The notes: generated by a model from the letters alone, not told the origin. 64,000 bases of DNA from a virus (IMGVR_UViG_3300037454_000941:138063-202062), one strand, 5' to 3'; shown: positions 52,029-61,635, counted from the first letter of the stretch. Numbers and translations: made by a program.

Positions 52029-52387
52029 TGGGGGTGCTTGGTTTCGACTGGACATCTGACCTCATAGACCTCGCCCGAAGTTGGTCTGTGGCTTCGTAAA
52101 AACGGACTGAAAAAATAAATGCTAACGATGCATTCGCCTGCCGCATGGCTGCCTAATCGGTAGTTATGCTGCTGCCTGGGACAAGCGAGAGGAATAAATC
52201 CTGGGACCAAGTGCATATCTCTCAAATCTAGGTCGGAGTTATGGATTGGATGGCCTACCTTACCTTAATCCAGACCCCTCACTGGTTAGATCACCTTGGG
52301 CAACAGGTCAGGGCCCGAATAGATTGATGGCGATATGGTTGAACTGGAATGGCGTTTAGGACAGGGGTTCGACTCCCCTCACCTCCA
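52029..52387 (+). ncRNA. ssrA: tmRNA (ssrA), one-piece; tag reading frame GCU AAC GAU GCA UUC GCC UGC CGC AUG GCU GCC UAA (ANDAFACRMAA)
   Basis: 5' GGGGGTG..GGTTTCGACTGG and 3' GGGGTTCGACTCCCCTCACCTCCAC give a tRNA-like domain with a 7-bp acceptor (GGGGGTG/CACCTCC, one GU); internal short ORF ending in AA-stop. Confidence 0.75.
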
Positions 52388-52389
52388 CG

Positions 52390-53808
52390 AATTTATGTCC
52401 TTCCACCGGTAGGACCGCCCTTCAGCACGGGGTAGAGTGCGCATACGGTTTCGAGTGTTGCCGATGCTGCATGAAGGTGGTGGACCAAAGTATGACCTGA
52501 GGACCCATCCAGGTGGGATGGGCGTGGCAAGATGCTTCGTAACAGATTCGCAAGGTCAGAGGCTCCCGTAAGGGTTACCGTCGAATATAGGTTAATGAAG
52601 ACGGGTAAAATCGAGAATATCCGGATTATTCCAGCCCAGGATATGCCTAATAATTTCTCTCCTGCCCCCTTCGAGGGTACGGTTGCGCCGTGGGCTGCGT
52701 ACCAGTCACGGCTGCGTAAAGCGGTAGGCCGGCGCTATATCCGGCAGTGTGTTTGAAAAATGGATACTGAGCATGGTTTCTCGTAGCATTACGCCCGAGG
52801 GTCGCGCCCTCTAAGGTATCCGCAGTTTCCGAAATTCGCAGACCAGTGCAGGATGCGCATCCGGCTGGCCGGGACACGTAGGGGACGGAAGAAAATGCTA
52901 CTATCCATTGAACGCGGTCGTCTAAATGAGCAGGCGTTAATATCGCCTGTGCTTAGGACTCCGGCGCCATCGTGGCCACCAGGCATTAACAGGTGTGGCA
53001 AACAGCGCGGGCAATATAGGGACAGATCCTATCCGCGAAACCTATGGAACGCCTTATTATTAAGTACGGTGAGAGTCCGGGCGGCGGGGCAACCCGCAGC
53101 CGAAGTAGGAAATTTTAAGATTCCGGGATGTTCTATAAAACGTCATCGGTGAAGATTGTTGGGGAACATCGTCTGGTCGAGGGCGAAAGCCTGTGGAGAC
53201 CCACGCCTAACCGCGCCGATGGCAAACTTTTAACGCCGCAGACCAAGATACGCCACCGTGTATGCATTTTACGCGTTTCCTTTATCACACGGAAGTATCG
53301 CCCCACCGGGCTACGGTCGCGGTATCAGTTTAGCACCGTATGGCCAAGTTGCTCATGGGCATCTCGAGAAGACCCATGGGTGACGCCCCGACTAGGAGCT
53401 GGGCCGCGGCCACAGTCGCATGCCGACTAGCACCCTCGGGGGAGCGATCCGAAACGAGGCGCCTCTGTGAGCGAAAAATGTGTGAAAAAGCATGCGGCAA
53501 GGGGCGAGACCTCCACTGGTAAAAACCTTGGCCTCGCCCCGGCGCTTTTGTTGCTTCCCGTTGCCAGCGGGGGGAACAGACGGTACCTGGCTCCGTGAAA
53601 ACCAGGTTATGCCCGGCACCAGGCAAACCGGACGGTGCCCATTGGCGATGTCCCTGCCGGAATAAGGGATGGCGGTGAAGGCAAGATATCCGCACGCTGT
53701 GGTAAATCCTTCTCGTACAGAGGGACGAGGGGTAATACACGGCAACCGAGGTGGCATCTCGGTTTCTTCCATGTGGGGGCTATCCGATGGCCATCGGATG
53801 CTCCTTTC
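52390..53808 (+). ncRNA. candidate large structured ncRNA segment C (about 1.4 kb, unknown class)
   Basis: GC-rich, many GNRA tetraloop hairpins (GGGCGAAAGCC, CCGTAAAGGG, GCGTAAAGC, CCGTGAAAACCAGG); only short ORFs in all frames; flanked by tmRNA and tRNA-Thr. Confidence 0.4.
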
Positions 53809-53810
53809 CT

Positions 53811-53883
53811 TCCGGGGTAGCTCAGTTGGCAGAGCAGTTGCTTTGTAAGCAAACTGTCGGGAGTTCGAGCCTCTCCCCCGGAG
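53811..53883 (+). tRNA. tRNA-Thr (TGT)
   Basis: acceptor TCCGGGG/CCCCGGA, AC stem GTTGC/GCAAA loop TTTGTAA, T-loop TTCGAGC. Confidence 0.65.
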
Positions 53884-53960
53884 CTAGTAGAGAGGAATGG
53901 TAAAAACTTGCTGGCCTTCCTATAAACTGCATATATGAATGATAAAACACATATATGTAA

Positions 53961-54194
53961 GATTTCTTAGATTTTGCATGGCCGGCACGTAAAATTGATA
54001 TTGAAGTTGATGGCGAACAGCATTACACTACTAAAGGACTGGAACACGATAAGATAAGAACCGAACGCCTTATGCAAAGTGGATGGAGGCTTGTTAAACG
54101 CATAAGATGGTCACAGTTCCAAAAGTTAAATAAAGATGAGCGAAAACAATTTATAAATGAAATTTTTACACTTCTAAATAATGATGCGAGTTGA
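53961..54194 (+). pseudogene. DUF559 (Vsr-like) endonuclease-domain gene remnant, lacks start
   Basis: frame translates ...IDIEVDGEQHYTTKGLEHDKIRTERLMQSGWRLVKRIRW... (DUF559 core) but opens right after a TAA with no in-frame ATG; AT-rich. Confidence 0.45.
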
Positions 54195-54257
54195 TGCAGT
54201 GGTTAGCAAGCAAGGCCCATAACCTTGAAGTCGGGAGTTCGAATCTCTCACTCGCTA
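54186..54257 (+). tRNA. tRNA-Met/Ile2 (CAT)
   Basis: acceptor GCGAGTT/ACTCGCT, AC stem CAAGG/CCTTG loop CCCATAA, T-loop TTCGAAT. Confidence 0.6.
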
Positions 54258-54450
54258 TAGTATTGATTTTTGAGATAGAACAAGGTCTAAGCAGAAAGTC
54301 GCGGGTCTTTAGTTCCAAATGACTAGAACACCGACCGGGGCAACCCTCGTTGGAGGTTCTGGGTTCAAGTCCCAGTTGATCCGAATAGCGGCGCGAGCTG
54401 TCGAACGAGTAGGCTAGGTCACAGTGAGAAAGGACTGTTTGAAAGTGTAA

Positions 54451-54524
54451 GGACGAGTAGCTCAATTGGTGAGAGCGGCGGACTCATAACCCGTAGGTTA
54501 CTGGATCATGCCCAGTCTCGTCCA
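54451..54524 (+). tRNA. tRNA-Met (CAT)-like, divergent
   Basis: acceptor GGACGAG/CTCGTCC, D-arm GCTCAATTGGTGAGAGC, AC loop CTCATAA with imperfect stem, T-loop ATCATGC. Confidence 0.4.
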
Positions 54525-54535
54525 TTAGTCCCCAT

Positions 54536-54945
54536 GGAGATGAAGCAGGTGCCCGTGTCAAGGTAGATCCTGTTGGGCCATCCCGTAGCATAAGTGGGCA
54601 ATAAGTAACCGGAAGCGACAGGGCAAGCCGGGTAATGCGCCATGTGGACATGCAGTTTAATATGAAACATATTCGGTATATCGTACCTGAGGTGACGTAA
54701 ACAAGCCAGCCACGAGAGGTGGATAGATTCCTCGGTACTCCGGGCTGTCGTATTGTTCGGAGGGAAGGCCATTTGCTTGTTAGTCGCAGGTACGGTATAC
54801 CGGAATGAAAAACTCTGGTATCGGCGGAGATGATGTAAGGGAACTCCCGCAGGTAGATCCTTTGGGGAGCGTGCAGTAGCATAAGTTGCGGAATAAGTGC
54901 TTGGGTACCGTTCGGGGAAGCCAAGTAATGCGCCGCCGATGCCTT
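54536..54945 (+). repeat. two tandem copies of a structured element of about 110 nt upstream of the tnpB element
   Basis: shared blocks GGAGATGA, CAGGTAGATCCT, GTAGCATAAGT, AATAAGT, AAGCC, GTAATGCGCC with divergent intervening segments; copies at about 54536-54650 and 54825-54945. Confidence 0.5.
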
Positions 54946-54949
54946 TTGA

Positions 54950-56430
54950 AATTGGTGACAAATAGGCGGTCGCAAGCTCACGCCCTTTAGGGCGTGGGTA
55001 AGACCCGCCGATAGTAAATGTAAGAAATAAATAACATTTGAAAGCCTCATAATTATTGTATATTTGAGTTAAGATACTATAAACTTTAATTGAAGTCAAG
55101 AAATTTATTATGGAAGCAGTAAGAAGCGAAAATACGAAGGCCAAGATACGGGCAAGCATGTCCGCGACGAAGGCCAGACGACAGGCACAGGTCTGTCGCG
55201 TATTTGAGCTTAAAGTATCCATAAGGCATAATCCGAAGGAAACCTTCAAAAAATTAGCCCAATGTTTCAAGGAAGCTAAATGGGTAATCAACGACATGCT
55301 GTCATTATCCAAGGACAATCCCGACAATAGCATGTTCGACTACAAGTACACAGAGCACAAAGATGTAGTCCACTACGACAAGGACAAGAACCCGATAACG
55401 GATACGGTCACATTGCCATCGGTGCTTCATCGTGCTACAGTAGCTCAGAAGAAGACGGATATTGTCAACCTTGCCAAGGCCAAGAAGAAAGGCATCAAGG
55501 TCGGTGCGTTGAAGTTCAAGTCGGAAGTCAACTGCCTACCAATTATTACCGGATTTACGCAGATTCTGGACGGATGTCGAATAACCATTCCTGGCTTTCG
55601 TAAGCTCCGTGTACACGGCCTTAATCAATTACATCAATTCGAGAAGTGTGAACTTGCCGATGCCAAGCTGATTAGGAAGGCATCCGGCTACTACGTGAAG
55701 ATTAGCGTAATGCTACCGAAGGAGAAGAGGATTCCTACCAACCGCAACGTTGGTCTCGACTTCGGAATAAAGGATTCCATAACGACATCGTACGGTGACA
55801 AGTACAAGTGTAATGTGCGAGAAACAGACCGCCTAAAATTCCTGTCGCGGAAACTTAATCGTAGAGGGAAGAAAAAGAACGAGAAGGGGTCGAAGCTGTA
55901 TTACAAGTGTCTTCGTCAACTGAATCGTGAGTATGAACATATTGCCAATGTCCGCAAGGACATTGCCAATAAAATCTACCACAAACTGGTAACCGATTAT
56001 GATGTTATCTACTTTCAAGACGAGCAGATAAAGAACTGGCATAAGGGCTTGTTCGGAAAACAGGTGCAGTCATCGTGTCTTGGCACATTGAAGCAGAGGC
56101 TAGTTGCATTGGAAACAAGTGGCCGTAGCTTCAAGATTTCCAAGTGGGAACCGACTACCAAGCTATGTCCAGTATGCGGTACTATCAACCATCCTACTCT
56201 TGCCGACCGTATCTATAAGTGTGAATGTGGTTATACGATGGATAAGGATGTTCATTCTGCCCGTGTAGTCTTGATGATTGGCTCATCAAAAAGAGCTGAG
56301 TGCTTGGAACAAGCCTCGCCGGAGCTGAGTCCGCTACCGACTTGCAATCCGATTGCAACTAGGCAAGACTTGGCGTCGATGACACAACACGAAGCTCACC
56401 GCCTTTAGGCGGTGGGTAGTTCACAAGGAA
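54950..56430 (+). mobile_element. IS200/IS605-family tnpB-only element with subterminal hairpins
   Basis: LE-like hairpin GCAAGCTCACGCCCTTTAGGGCGTGGG (about 54972-54998), tnpB, RE-like hairpin AAGCTCACCGCCTTTAGGCGGTGGGTAGTTC (about 56391-56422). Confidence 0.55.
55110..56408 (+). CDS. tnpB: TnpB (IS605/IS1341-type RuvC-like nuclease with Zn finger)
   Basis: 432 aa; GLDFGIKD RuvC motif, CPVCG...CECG zinc finger, HSARVVL. Confidence 0.9.
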   Translation: MEAVRSENTKAKIRASMSATKARRQAQVCRVFELKVSIRHNPKETFKKLAQCFKEAKWVINDMLSLSKDNPDNSMFDYKYTEHKDVVHYDKDKNPITDTVTLPSVLHRATVAQKKTDIVNLAKAKKKGIKVGALKFKSEVNCLPIITGFTQILDGCRITIPGFRKLRVHGLNQLHQFEKCELADAKLIRKASGYYVKISVMLPKEKRIPTNRNVGLDFGIKDSITTSYGDKYKCNVRETDRLKFLSRKLNRRGKKKNEKGSKLYYKCLRQLNREYEHIANVRKDIANKIYHKLVTDYDVIYFQDEQIKNWHKGLFGKQVQSSCLGTLKQRLVALETSGRSFKISKWEPTTKLCPVCGTINHPTLADRIYKCECGYTMDKDVHSARVVLMIGSSKRAECLEQASPELSPLPTCNPIATRQDLASMTQHEAHRL

Positions 56431-56915
56431 CGGATGGGCAAACGTGATATACACATGAATAGTCGCAGAAAGAATGGGAGCAAATCATCTCGCCGCAAGG
56501 GGGACACCCGCTCACCTGGCTACCCGTCAGGCGCTTTGGAGTAATAGCCTAAGAGCATAAATGCACAGCCCAGATGCAAGGTCGAACCTTGTCGTCACTT
56601 TTTCAGACGATTGATATCGAATCAGACGGTTGACATCGACTGGAAATTCCGGTACCGGGACAGCCATCCCTTTGGCCGGAATCGGTTTCGGCATACGTTA
56701 GCCGACGTACACACCTGACAGGCGTGGCCCGGACGAGAACGGGGTGGGGCAATCCGGATTGTACGATCCGGTAAGGATGGCGAACCTTAAGTTGCGTACC
56801 GTCCTGTCAACAGCATGCACAATCGTCTAACTACCACAGGATACCCGGGGAATCCTCCGGGAGACGCGGTCCGGAATCCGCATTGTATGCTGTTCACAAG
56901 TTTGGTGTAATAGCA
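56410..56915 (+). ncRNA. candidate TnpB-associated omega/right-end RNA region (unverified)
   Basis: about 500 nt ORF-free GC-rich sequence from the RE hairpin to the next tRNA; TnpB guide RNAs derive from this position. Confidence 0.3.
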
Positions 56916-56919
56916 GTCT

Positions 56920-56992
56920 TCCGGGGTAGCTCAGTTGGTAGAGCGGCTGCATCGTAAGCAGCGGGTCGGGGGTTCGAGTCCCTCTCCCGGAG
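56920..56992 (+). tRNA. tRNA-Thr (CGT)
   Basis: acceptor TCCGGGG/TCCCGGA, AC stem GCTGC/GCAGC loop ATCGTAA, T-loop TTCGAGT. Confidence 0.6.
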
Positions 56993-57000
56993 CTAAACTC

Positions 57001-57073
57001 GTCCTGTTAGTTAAGGTGGATATAACGGGTCCCTCCTAAGGACCAGTCTCACGTTCAAGTCGTGAACGGGATA
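57001..57073 (+). tRNA. tRNA-Arg (CCT)
   Basis: acceptor GTCCTGT/ACGGGAT, AC stem GGTCC/GGACC loop CTCCTAA, T-loop TTCAAGT. Confidence 0.6.
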
Positions 57074-57094
57074 CTAATTTCATAGGAGAATGCA

Positions 57095-57307
57095 ATGCAA
57101 GGAAATCAAGTGAACAATGGGAATGCGAGCCAGATAAAACCGGAGCGCAAAGTCGAGACAATGGAGGAGAAGTGTGCTCGGTGGGAAAAACAGGCCAAGA
57201 TGGCAAAGAAGTTCGCGATTAATAGTGGGCTTGATCTGAAGAAGATTGCCCGTGAGCGCACTACAAACGAACTGGTGAAACGACGGAACCATGAGTTTTA
57301 TGTCTGA
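57095..57307 (+). CDS. hypothetical protein
   Basis: 70 aa, TAGGAGAATGCAATG RBS. Confidence 0.5.
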   Translation: MQGNQVNNGNASQIKPERKVETMEEKCARWEKQAKMAKKFAINSGLDLKKIARERTTNELVKRRNHEFYV

Positions 57308-57347
57308 TCGGAAACGCTTCCAGGAATGCAAAATTAAGTGTCCATGA

Positions 57348-57380
57348 AAAGGCATCCCGTTGCCACGGGATGCCTTTTTT
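57348..57380 (+). terminator. Rho-independent terminator fused to next promoter
   Basis: AAAGGCATCCCGT-TGCC-ACGGGATGCCTTT + TTTT. Confidence 0.65.
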
Positions 57381-57390
57381 GCTATATATT
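57378..57390 (+). promoter_or_regulatory. extended -10 promoter motif (TTTGCTATATATT)
   Basis: 4 nt upstream of ATG 57395. Confidence 0.5.
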
Positions 57391-57394
57391 GTAC

Positions 57395-58078
57395 ATGAAA
57401 TACGACATGTTACAAAGGTCTGTGGCCAAACGTATCCTCGATGCTTTCTATGGGCGTTCCTTTTTCATAAATAAAAAGTATGAGGGGTACCGTAAGGTCA
57501 ACAAGTATTGGAACTCTGACCGCGAACGTTTCGCTGGCCGGTTCTTCAAGCAACTTGAGGGGAAATACTTTGCCTTGATGGACATCGAGATCGTCGCCTT
57601 TACGGATGGCAACTATGCAACATGGTTGGATACTCCGCAATCCGTATTCGGTGATGATTCGCAGGTGTACTATTTTCCTAACGGAGGGACCCCCGTCAAA
57701 AAAGCCGTCAAGAAGTTCCTCAGGGTAGACTATGTACATGCGGAGAACGAAGCAAGCGGTGACGGGTATGTCGCAGTTGGGTGCCATGATCATCTAGGGA
57801 ATAATTTCCGCCTGCGCATTAACAAATGGACCCTGCCTAAGTTCCAGTTCAAGGAAATAACGCAGGATGAATTCGACGCCGTTGCCGCGGTGTTCCAGGA
57901 TGATCGCGATACCAGGCCGTTCAAGGTTACCCGTTACCTTACCGTTGAGGAAATGAAGGAACGGGGCCTGTTCGAAGGCAGCTCGGGCGCGATTAAGGAA
58001 ACCGTCATTGTTGACGCGAAGGACGCGGATGACGCATACACCAAGCTCAGCAACACCATAGAGGTCGAAACATGCTGA
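57395..58078 (+). CDS. hypothetical protein
   Basis: ATG in-frame with track ORF 57338. Confidence 0.6.
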   Translation: MKYDMLQRSVAKRILDAFYGRSFFINKKYEGYRKVNKYWNSDRERFAGRFFKQLEGKYFALMDIEIVAFTDGNYATWLDTPQSVFGDDSQVYYFPNGGTPVKKAVKKFLRVDYVHAENEASGDGYVAVGCHDHLGNNFRLRINKWTLPKFQFKEITQDEFDAVAAVFQDDRDTRPFKVTRYLTVEEMKERGLFEGSSGAIKETVIVDAKDADDAYTKLSNTIEVETC

Positions 58079-58302
58079 AGTACCTTGTGGGAACATTTAA
58101 TGAATCCGAGGCGGCATTCACCCCGCCGTTCCGAATAGTCCATGCGGTCGATCGCGACGCGGCGTGTTCTCAGTATAACGAACGGTTCGAGAATGGCCGC
58201 GTCCTGGCACTGATGTCATTATGCGGGCCGGTGTGTAGGGATAAATACTGCACCCATGCTGCGGCAGTTGCTGCCGTAGCCGAGGCGGAGGAAATGACGT
58301 AA
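58072..58302 (+). CDS. hypothetical protein
   Basis: 76-aa ORF. Confidence 0.4.
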   Translation: MLKYLVGTFNESEAAFTPPFRIVHAVDRDAACSQYNERFENGRVLALMSLCGPVCRDKYCTHAAAVAAVAEAEEMT

Positions 58303-58562
58303 TGCCCTATTTAGCATCAATAGTATACAAGGCCGAGAACGACGGGCAGAAGTACATCACGTTCCTCGGTTTGCCCGGAAACGATTCGGACGACCACGAC
58401 GAATATTTTGCCAAGCAAGTCTGCATGCGCCATGGATGGGTGCACATCTCGTCGAGAAAGGAATCCCATTCTTCGCGAGCCCTTACCAAGGACGAGCGGG
58501 AAGCCGGAATCATACGAAAGCCGCATGCATTCTTTGTTGCCGGCACCGACATCGATTTGTAG
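58302..58562 (+). CDS. hypothetical protein
   Basis: 86-aa ORF. Confidence 0.4.
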   Translation: MPYLASIVYKAENDGQKYITFLGLPGNDSDDHDEYFAKQVCMRHGWVHISSRKESHSSRALTKDEREAGIIRKPHAFFVAGTDIDL

Positions 58563-58572
58563 GAGGATGACG

Positions 58573-60024
58573 ATGCTCGACCAGGCGGCGATACAGGACA
58601 AGTTGTCCCGGGCTGCATTGGACATGTCCAGGAAGACACCTGAGCTTCTCGGGCTGTATGTCACTTTGGAGAAGAAGATGACATCGGATACCAGTATCAC
58701 GATGCGTGTCGGGTGTAGGGACGGGAAGCCGTTTCTGGTATATGGGGACTGGTTTGTCAACATGTTGGAGCCTACCTTGCTTGGCATGGTGCTTCACATG
58801 AACTGTCTGAGGATAGCGCTCCATCACTGTGACAAGAGGGTGCGCCAGCCGGAGGCCCTGTATCGCCTGGCAAGCGATCTGGTGGTACGTGAATATTCCC
58901 AGTCGATTGCCGACGTGGACGCGGGGGACAATTCGGCCATATTGTCGCAGGTGATGCCTAGCATATGGGCGTATTCGGGTGTTTTCGATAAGTTTGACTT
59001 TGATCCGGCCAGGGACCTTACCTTGGAGAAAGTGTTCGACATGTTGTGCCAGGCCGACGTGGAATCCGAGAATGAAACCGACAGGGAATCGGAGAATGGT
59101 CCTGCAAATGGTGACGGGGAGGGGACCGGAGATCCGGGGAGCGACACCGGCGAGGACGGGAATGATGATGCCGATAGACCCGGCGGTGATTCCGACCCAT
59201 GGGACGATGACGCCGATGGGGGTGAAGGCGGAGAAGGGGACAATCCATTCGGGGAGTCATTGGACGAGGGGAACGGCCACGGGGAAACCGCCGAGCCGAG
59301 CCCAAGTTACATGGCGATGCAGCAGATGTTCAGCCCGGAAACTGCAGCGGCTGACCTTGCCGAGTGGGGTAGGGATGACGAGGCGAGCGCCGAAATACGG
59401 AACGCGATCCCCATGCAGTCCACCGGGGGGCACGCGGGAACCCCCGGAAGGGTACAGCTCGCCATCCGGACCGCGAACAGGGTGAGGGTCGATGCCGCTC
59501 GGGTGTTCAGGATGTTCATATCGAGTAATTTCAGTCCGTCGTTCACCGCCTCATGGTCTATGCCGAACCTGATGCTTCGCCGGTTTGGACCGATTGCCCC
59601 TGGACATGTCAGGAAGAGGGACCGCCCGCATATTCTCTTTGCCATAGACGTGTCCATGTCGATGGTTGCCGAGGGTCTGATTGAACAGTGCATATCTGCG
59701 GTCGGCGGGTTCATAGGGAAGTCAAAAATGGACCTGTGTTCATGGGACGGGGAGTGCAGCGAGATAGCTAGGGACGTGAAGGACATCGATACGAGCCGGC
59801 TGTATGGAGGCGGCTGTACGGATCCGCAGTGCGTCTTGAAGCGGGTTGAACGCGAGCACCTATCATATGACGGCATGGTGTTCCTTACCGACTGTGAGTT
59901 CGACTGGCCTGCCCCGGTACATCCCGAGAGGATTTGTATAATTCGTACCCGGGGAAGCAGTGGCACGATACCGGCATGGTGTAAGTGGAAGATGGAAATG
60001 GATGACCTTTTGCGGGCCGTCTAG
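58573..60024 (+). CDS. DUF2201-type protein: N-terminal putative metallopeptidase-like domain, acidic linker, C-terminal VWA-like domain
   Basis: GGAGG RBS; long D/E/G-rich linker; C-terminal ILFAIDVSMSM (VWA MIDAS-like); partner of downstream MoxR ATPase. Confidence 0.6.
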   Translation: MLDQAAIQDKLSRAALDMSRKTPELLGLYVTLEKKMTSDTSITMRVGCRDGKPFLVYGDWFVNMLEPTLLGMVLHMNCLRIALHHCDKRVRQPEALYRLASDLVVREYSQSIADVDAGDNSAILSQVMPSIWAYSGVFDKFDFDPARDLTLEKVFDMLCQADVESENETDRESENGPANGDGEGTGDPGSDTGEDGNDDADRPGGDSDPWDDDADGGEGGEGDNPFGESLDEGNGHGETAEPSPSYMAMQQMFSPETAAADLAEWGRDDEASAEIRNAIPMQSTGGHAGTPGRVQLAIRTANRVRVDAARVFRMFISSNFSPSFTASWSMPNLMLRRFGPIAPGHVRKRDRPHILFAIDVSMSMVAEGLIEQCISAVGGFIGKSKMDLCSWDGECSEIARDVKDIDTSRLYGGGCTDPQCVLKRVEREHLSYDGMVFLTDCEFDWPAPVHPERICIIRTRGSSGTIPAWCKWKMEMDDLLRAV

Positions 60025-60041
60025 GACAAAAGTGGAAAACA

Positions 60042-60053
60042 TTTGCTATATTT
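60042..60053 (+). promoter_or_regulatory. extended -10 promoter motif (TTTGCTATATTT)
   Basis: 5 nt upstream of ATG 60059. Confidence 0.55.
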
Positions 60054-60058
60054 GAATT

Positions 60059-61315
60059 ATGATTCGTTGTACGATAGCCGAATTTAAGAAATTCCTGAAG
60101 ATTGTCCCGACCGACAAGCCCATATTGCTGATAGGCGACACTGGCATCGGGAAGACCACGATATGCCGGCGCGCCGCGGAAGAGGCCGGCGTCCACTACG
60201 CGTATGTCCCCTGCATGTCCATATCGGATACGGTGCTCCTGTCCGGCATACCGGATGTTTCCGGGACGCATACCGTGTACAAGCCGATGGAATGGTATGA
60301 ACCCGGTGTCGTCACCTTGCTCCTCATTGATGAAATCAACCGCAGCGAGGCCATCATCAATTCGCTGATGGAGCTCGCCACCGATCAGCACATAGGCAGT
60401 GTCAAGCTGGCACCGGGTTCCCGGGTCATCGCCGCGATGAACCCGTCAACTGAGAACTACCAGATGGTGAAGGAACTTGAACTGTCCCACATGTCCAGGT
60501 TTTTTGTCATCGAGCTTGCCCCTACGGTCGACGAATTCCTCGACGTGGCCGAGGAGGAAAAGATCCATCCGGTAATCTTGAAGTACATCAGGATGCATCG
60601 TGAGGCCGCGCTCGATCCGAATCCGGATGGCGCAAAGCGCAGGGAGAGGCGCTTCTACACCAACCTGGATGCGACCCGCCGTGGCTGGTACACCATGTCG
60701 GCGACGATTTACAACGGCGAAAAGGCTAACGAATTCGACCCGAACTCGGAGGAAGGCCGTAGGATGCTTGCCTTGACTGTCGCCGGCTATGTCGGCCCGG
60801 AATTTTCCGACTCCTTCTCCGAGATGTACTATGCCACCAAATATTCGCTGAGCGTGGAGGATATGAGCAGGCGTTCCGACCCTGACATCACCCCGTACAT
60901 GCTGATGGAAGCCGGCGATGACAGATGGAAAAGCGAGCTGCCCAACAAGGTAGCCGATTTGTGCAGGAATCGACCGTTGGAGGCCGCCCGGTTGGTCACG
61001 TCCGTGGCGCAGTACATCGCAAGTAAGTTGACCGTCCTGGTGAATACGACAACGAACCGTATATCTAAGATAGGGATACGTTACGCGATAAATTTTTATA
61101 AGTTCGTCCATTCGTGTACCCCGGAGATGGCCGCTCAGATGTATTTTTCCCACGTCAAGCCGTTGATGGCGAACCGAAAGGATGACTCCGAGGTGCTATG
61201 GGTAGACGTGATGGTGGCCGGGTGTCCGGAATTGCGGAAATTGTTCGAGGAGATCAGGAAGCCCCCAAAGAAATGTTCACAAAAAAGCGTGGGCAGGAAG
61301 ATGCCGTCCCTTTAG
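60059..61315 (+). CDS. MoxR-like AAA+ ATPase (AAA_5 family)
   Basis: Walker A GDTGIGKTT, Walker B LLLIDEINRS, sensor AAMNP. Confidence 0.75.
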   Translation: MIRCTIAEFKKFLKIVPTDKPILLIGDTGIGKTTICRRAAEEAGVHYAYVPCMSISDTVLLSGIPDVSGTHTVYKPMEWYEPGVVTLLLIDEINRSEAIINSLMELATDQHIGSVKLAPGSRVIAAMNPSTENYQMVKELELSHMSRFFVIELAPTVDEFLDVAEEEKIHPVILKYIRMHREAALDPNPDGAKRRERRFYTNLDATRRGWYTMSATIYNGEKANEFDPNSEEGRRMLALTVAGYVGPEFSDSFSEMYYATKYSLSVEDMSRRSDPDITPYMLMEAGDDRWKSELPNKVADLCRNRPLEAARLVTSVAQYIASKLTVLVNTTTNRISKIGIRYAINFYKFVHSCTPEMAAQMYFSHVKPLMANRKDDSEVLWVDVMVAGCPELRKLFEEIRKPPKKCSQKSVGRKMPSL

Positions 61316-61635
61316 GGCGGCATAGGAATGCCCACGAAAGCACTTGCATTTTGAAAAGATATAAACTATATTGTACATGACGCTGAAAGTCTTGCTGAAA
61401 TAAAAGGCACTCATCTAAAAGTCCAAAAGAGGCTCGTGGCTTGGTGAGGAAACAGTTTGATTGGATTCGGTAGCCACATACATAACGAGTTCAAGATGCA
61501 TTATGAGTATAGCGGATTGCTGAAATGCAGTCTAACCATCCCGACTCGTATGCCTATGCATACTTGACGGGCAGGCCGCAAGTCAACCGGCCAATCGTAT
61601 GTAAGTCTCCTACGTGGAAACGCGCTGGAGCTTTA

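Noticed and set aside
51025-53852. Short ORFs (60-136 aa) in all six frames across the 51-54 kb region
   Set aside because: No frame is open for more than about 135 codons and the ORFs overlap each other. They contain the tmRNA and a tRNA and have no SD or promoter-motif context, so an RNA interpretation is favoured. An alternative genetic code was considered but the neighbouring genes are intact under the standard code.
55833-56042. Minus-strand ORF 55833-56042 inside tnpB
   Set aside because: It is antisense to a well-supported TnpB coding sequence.
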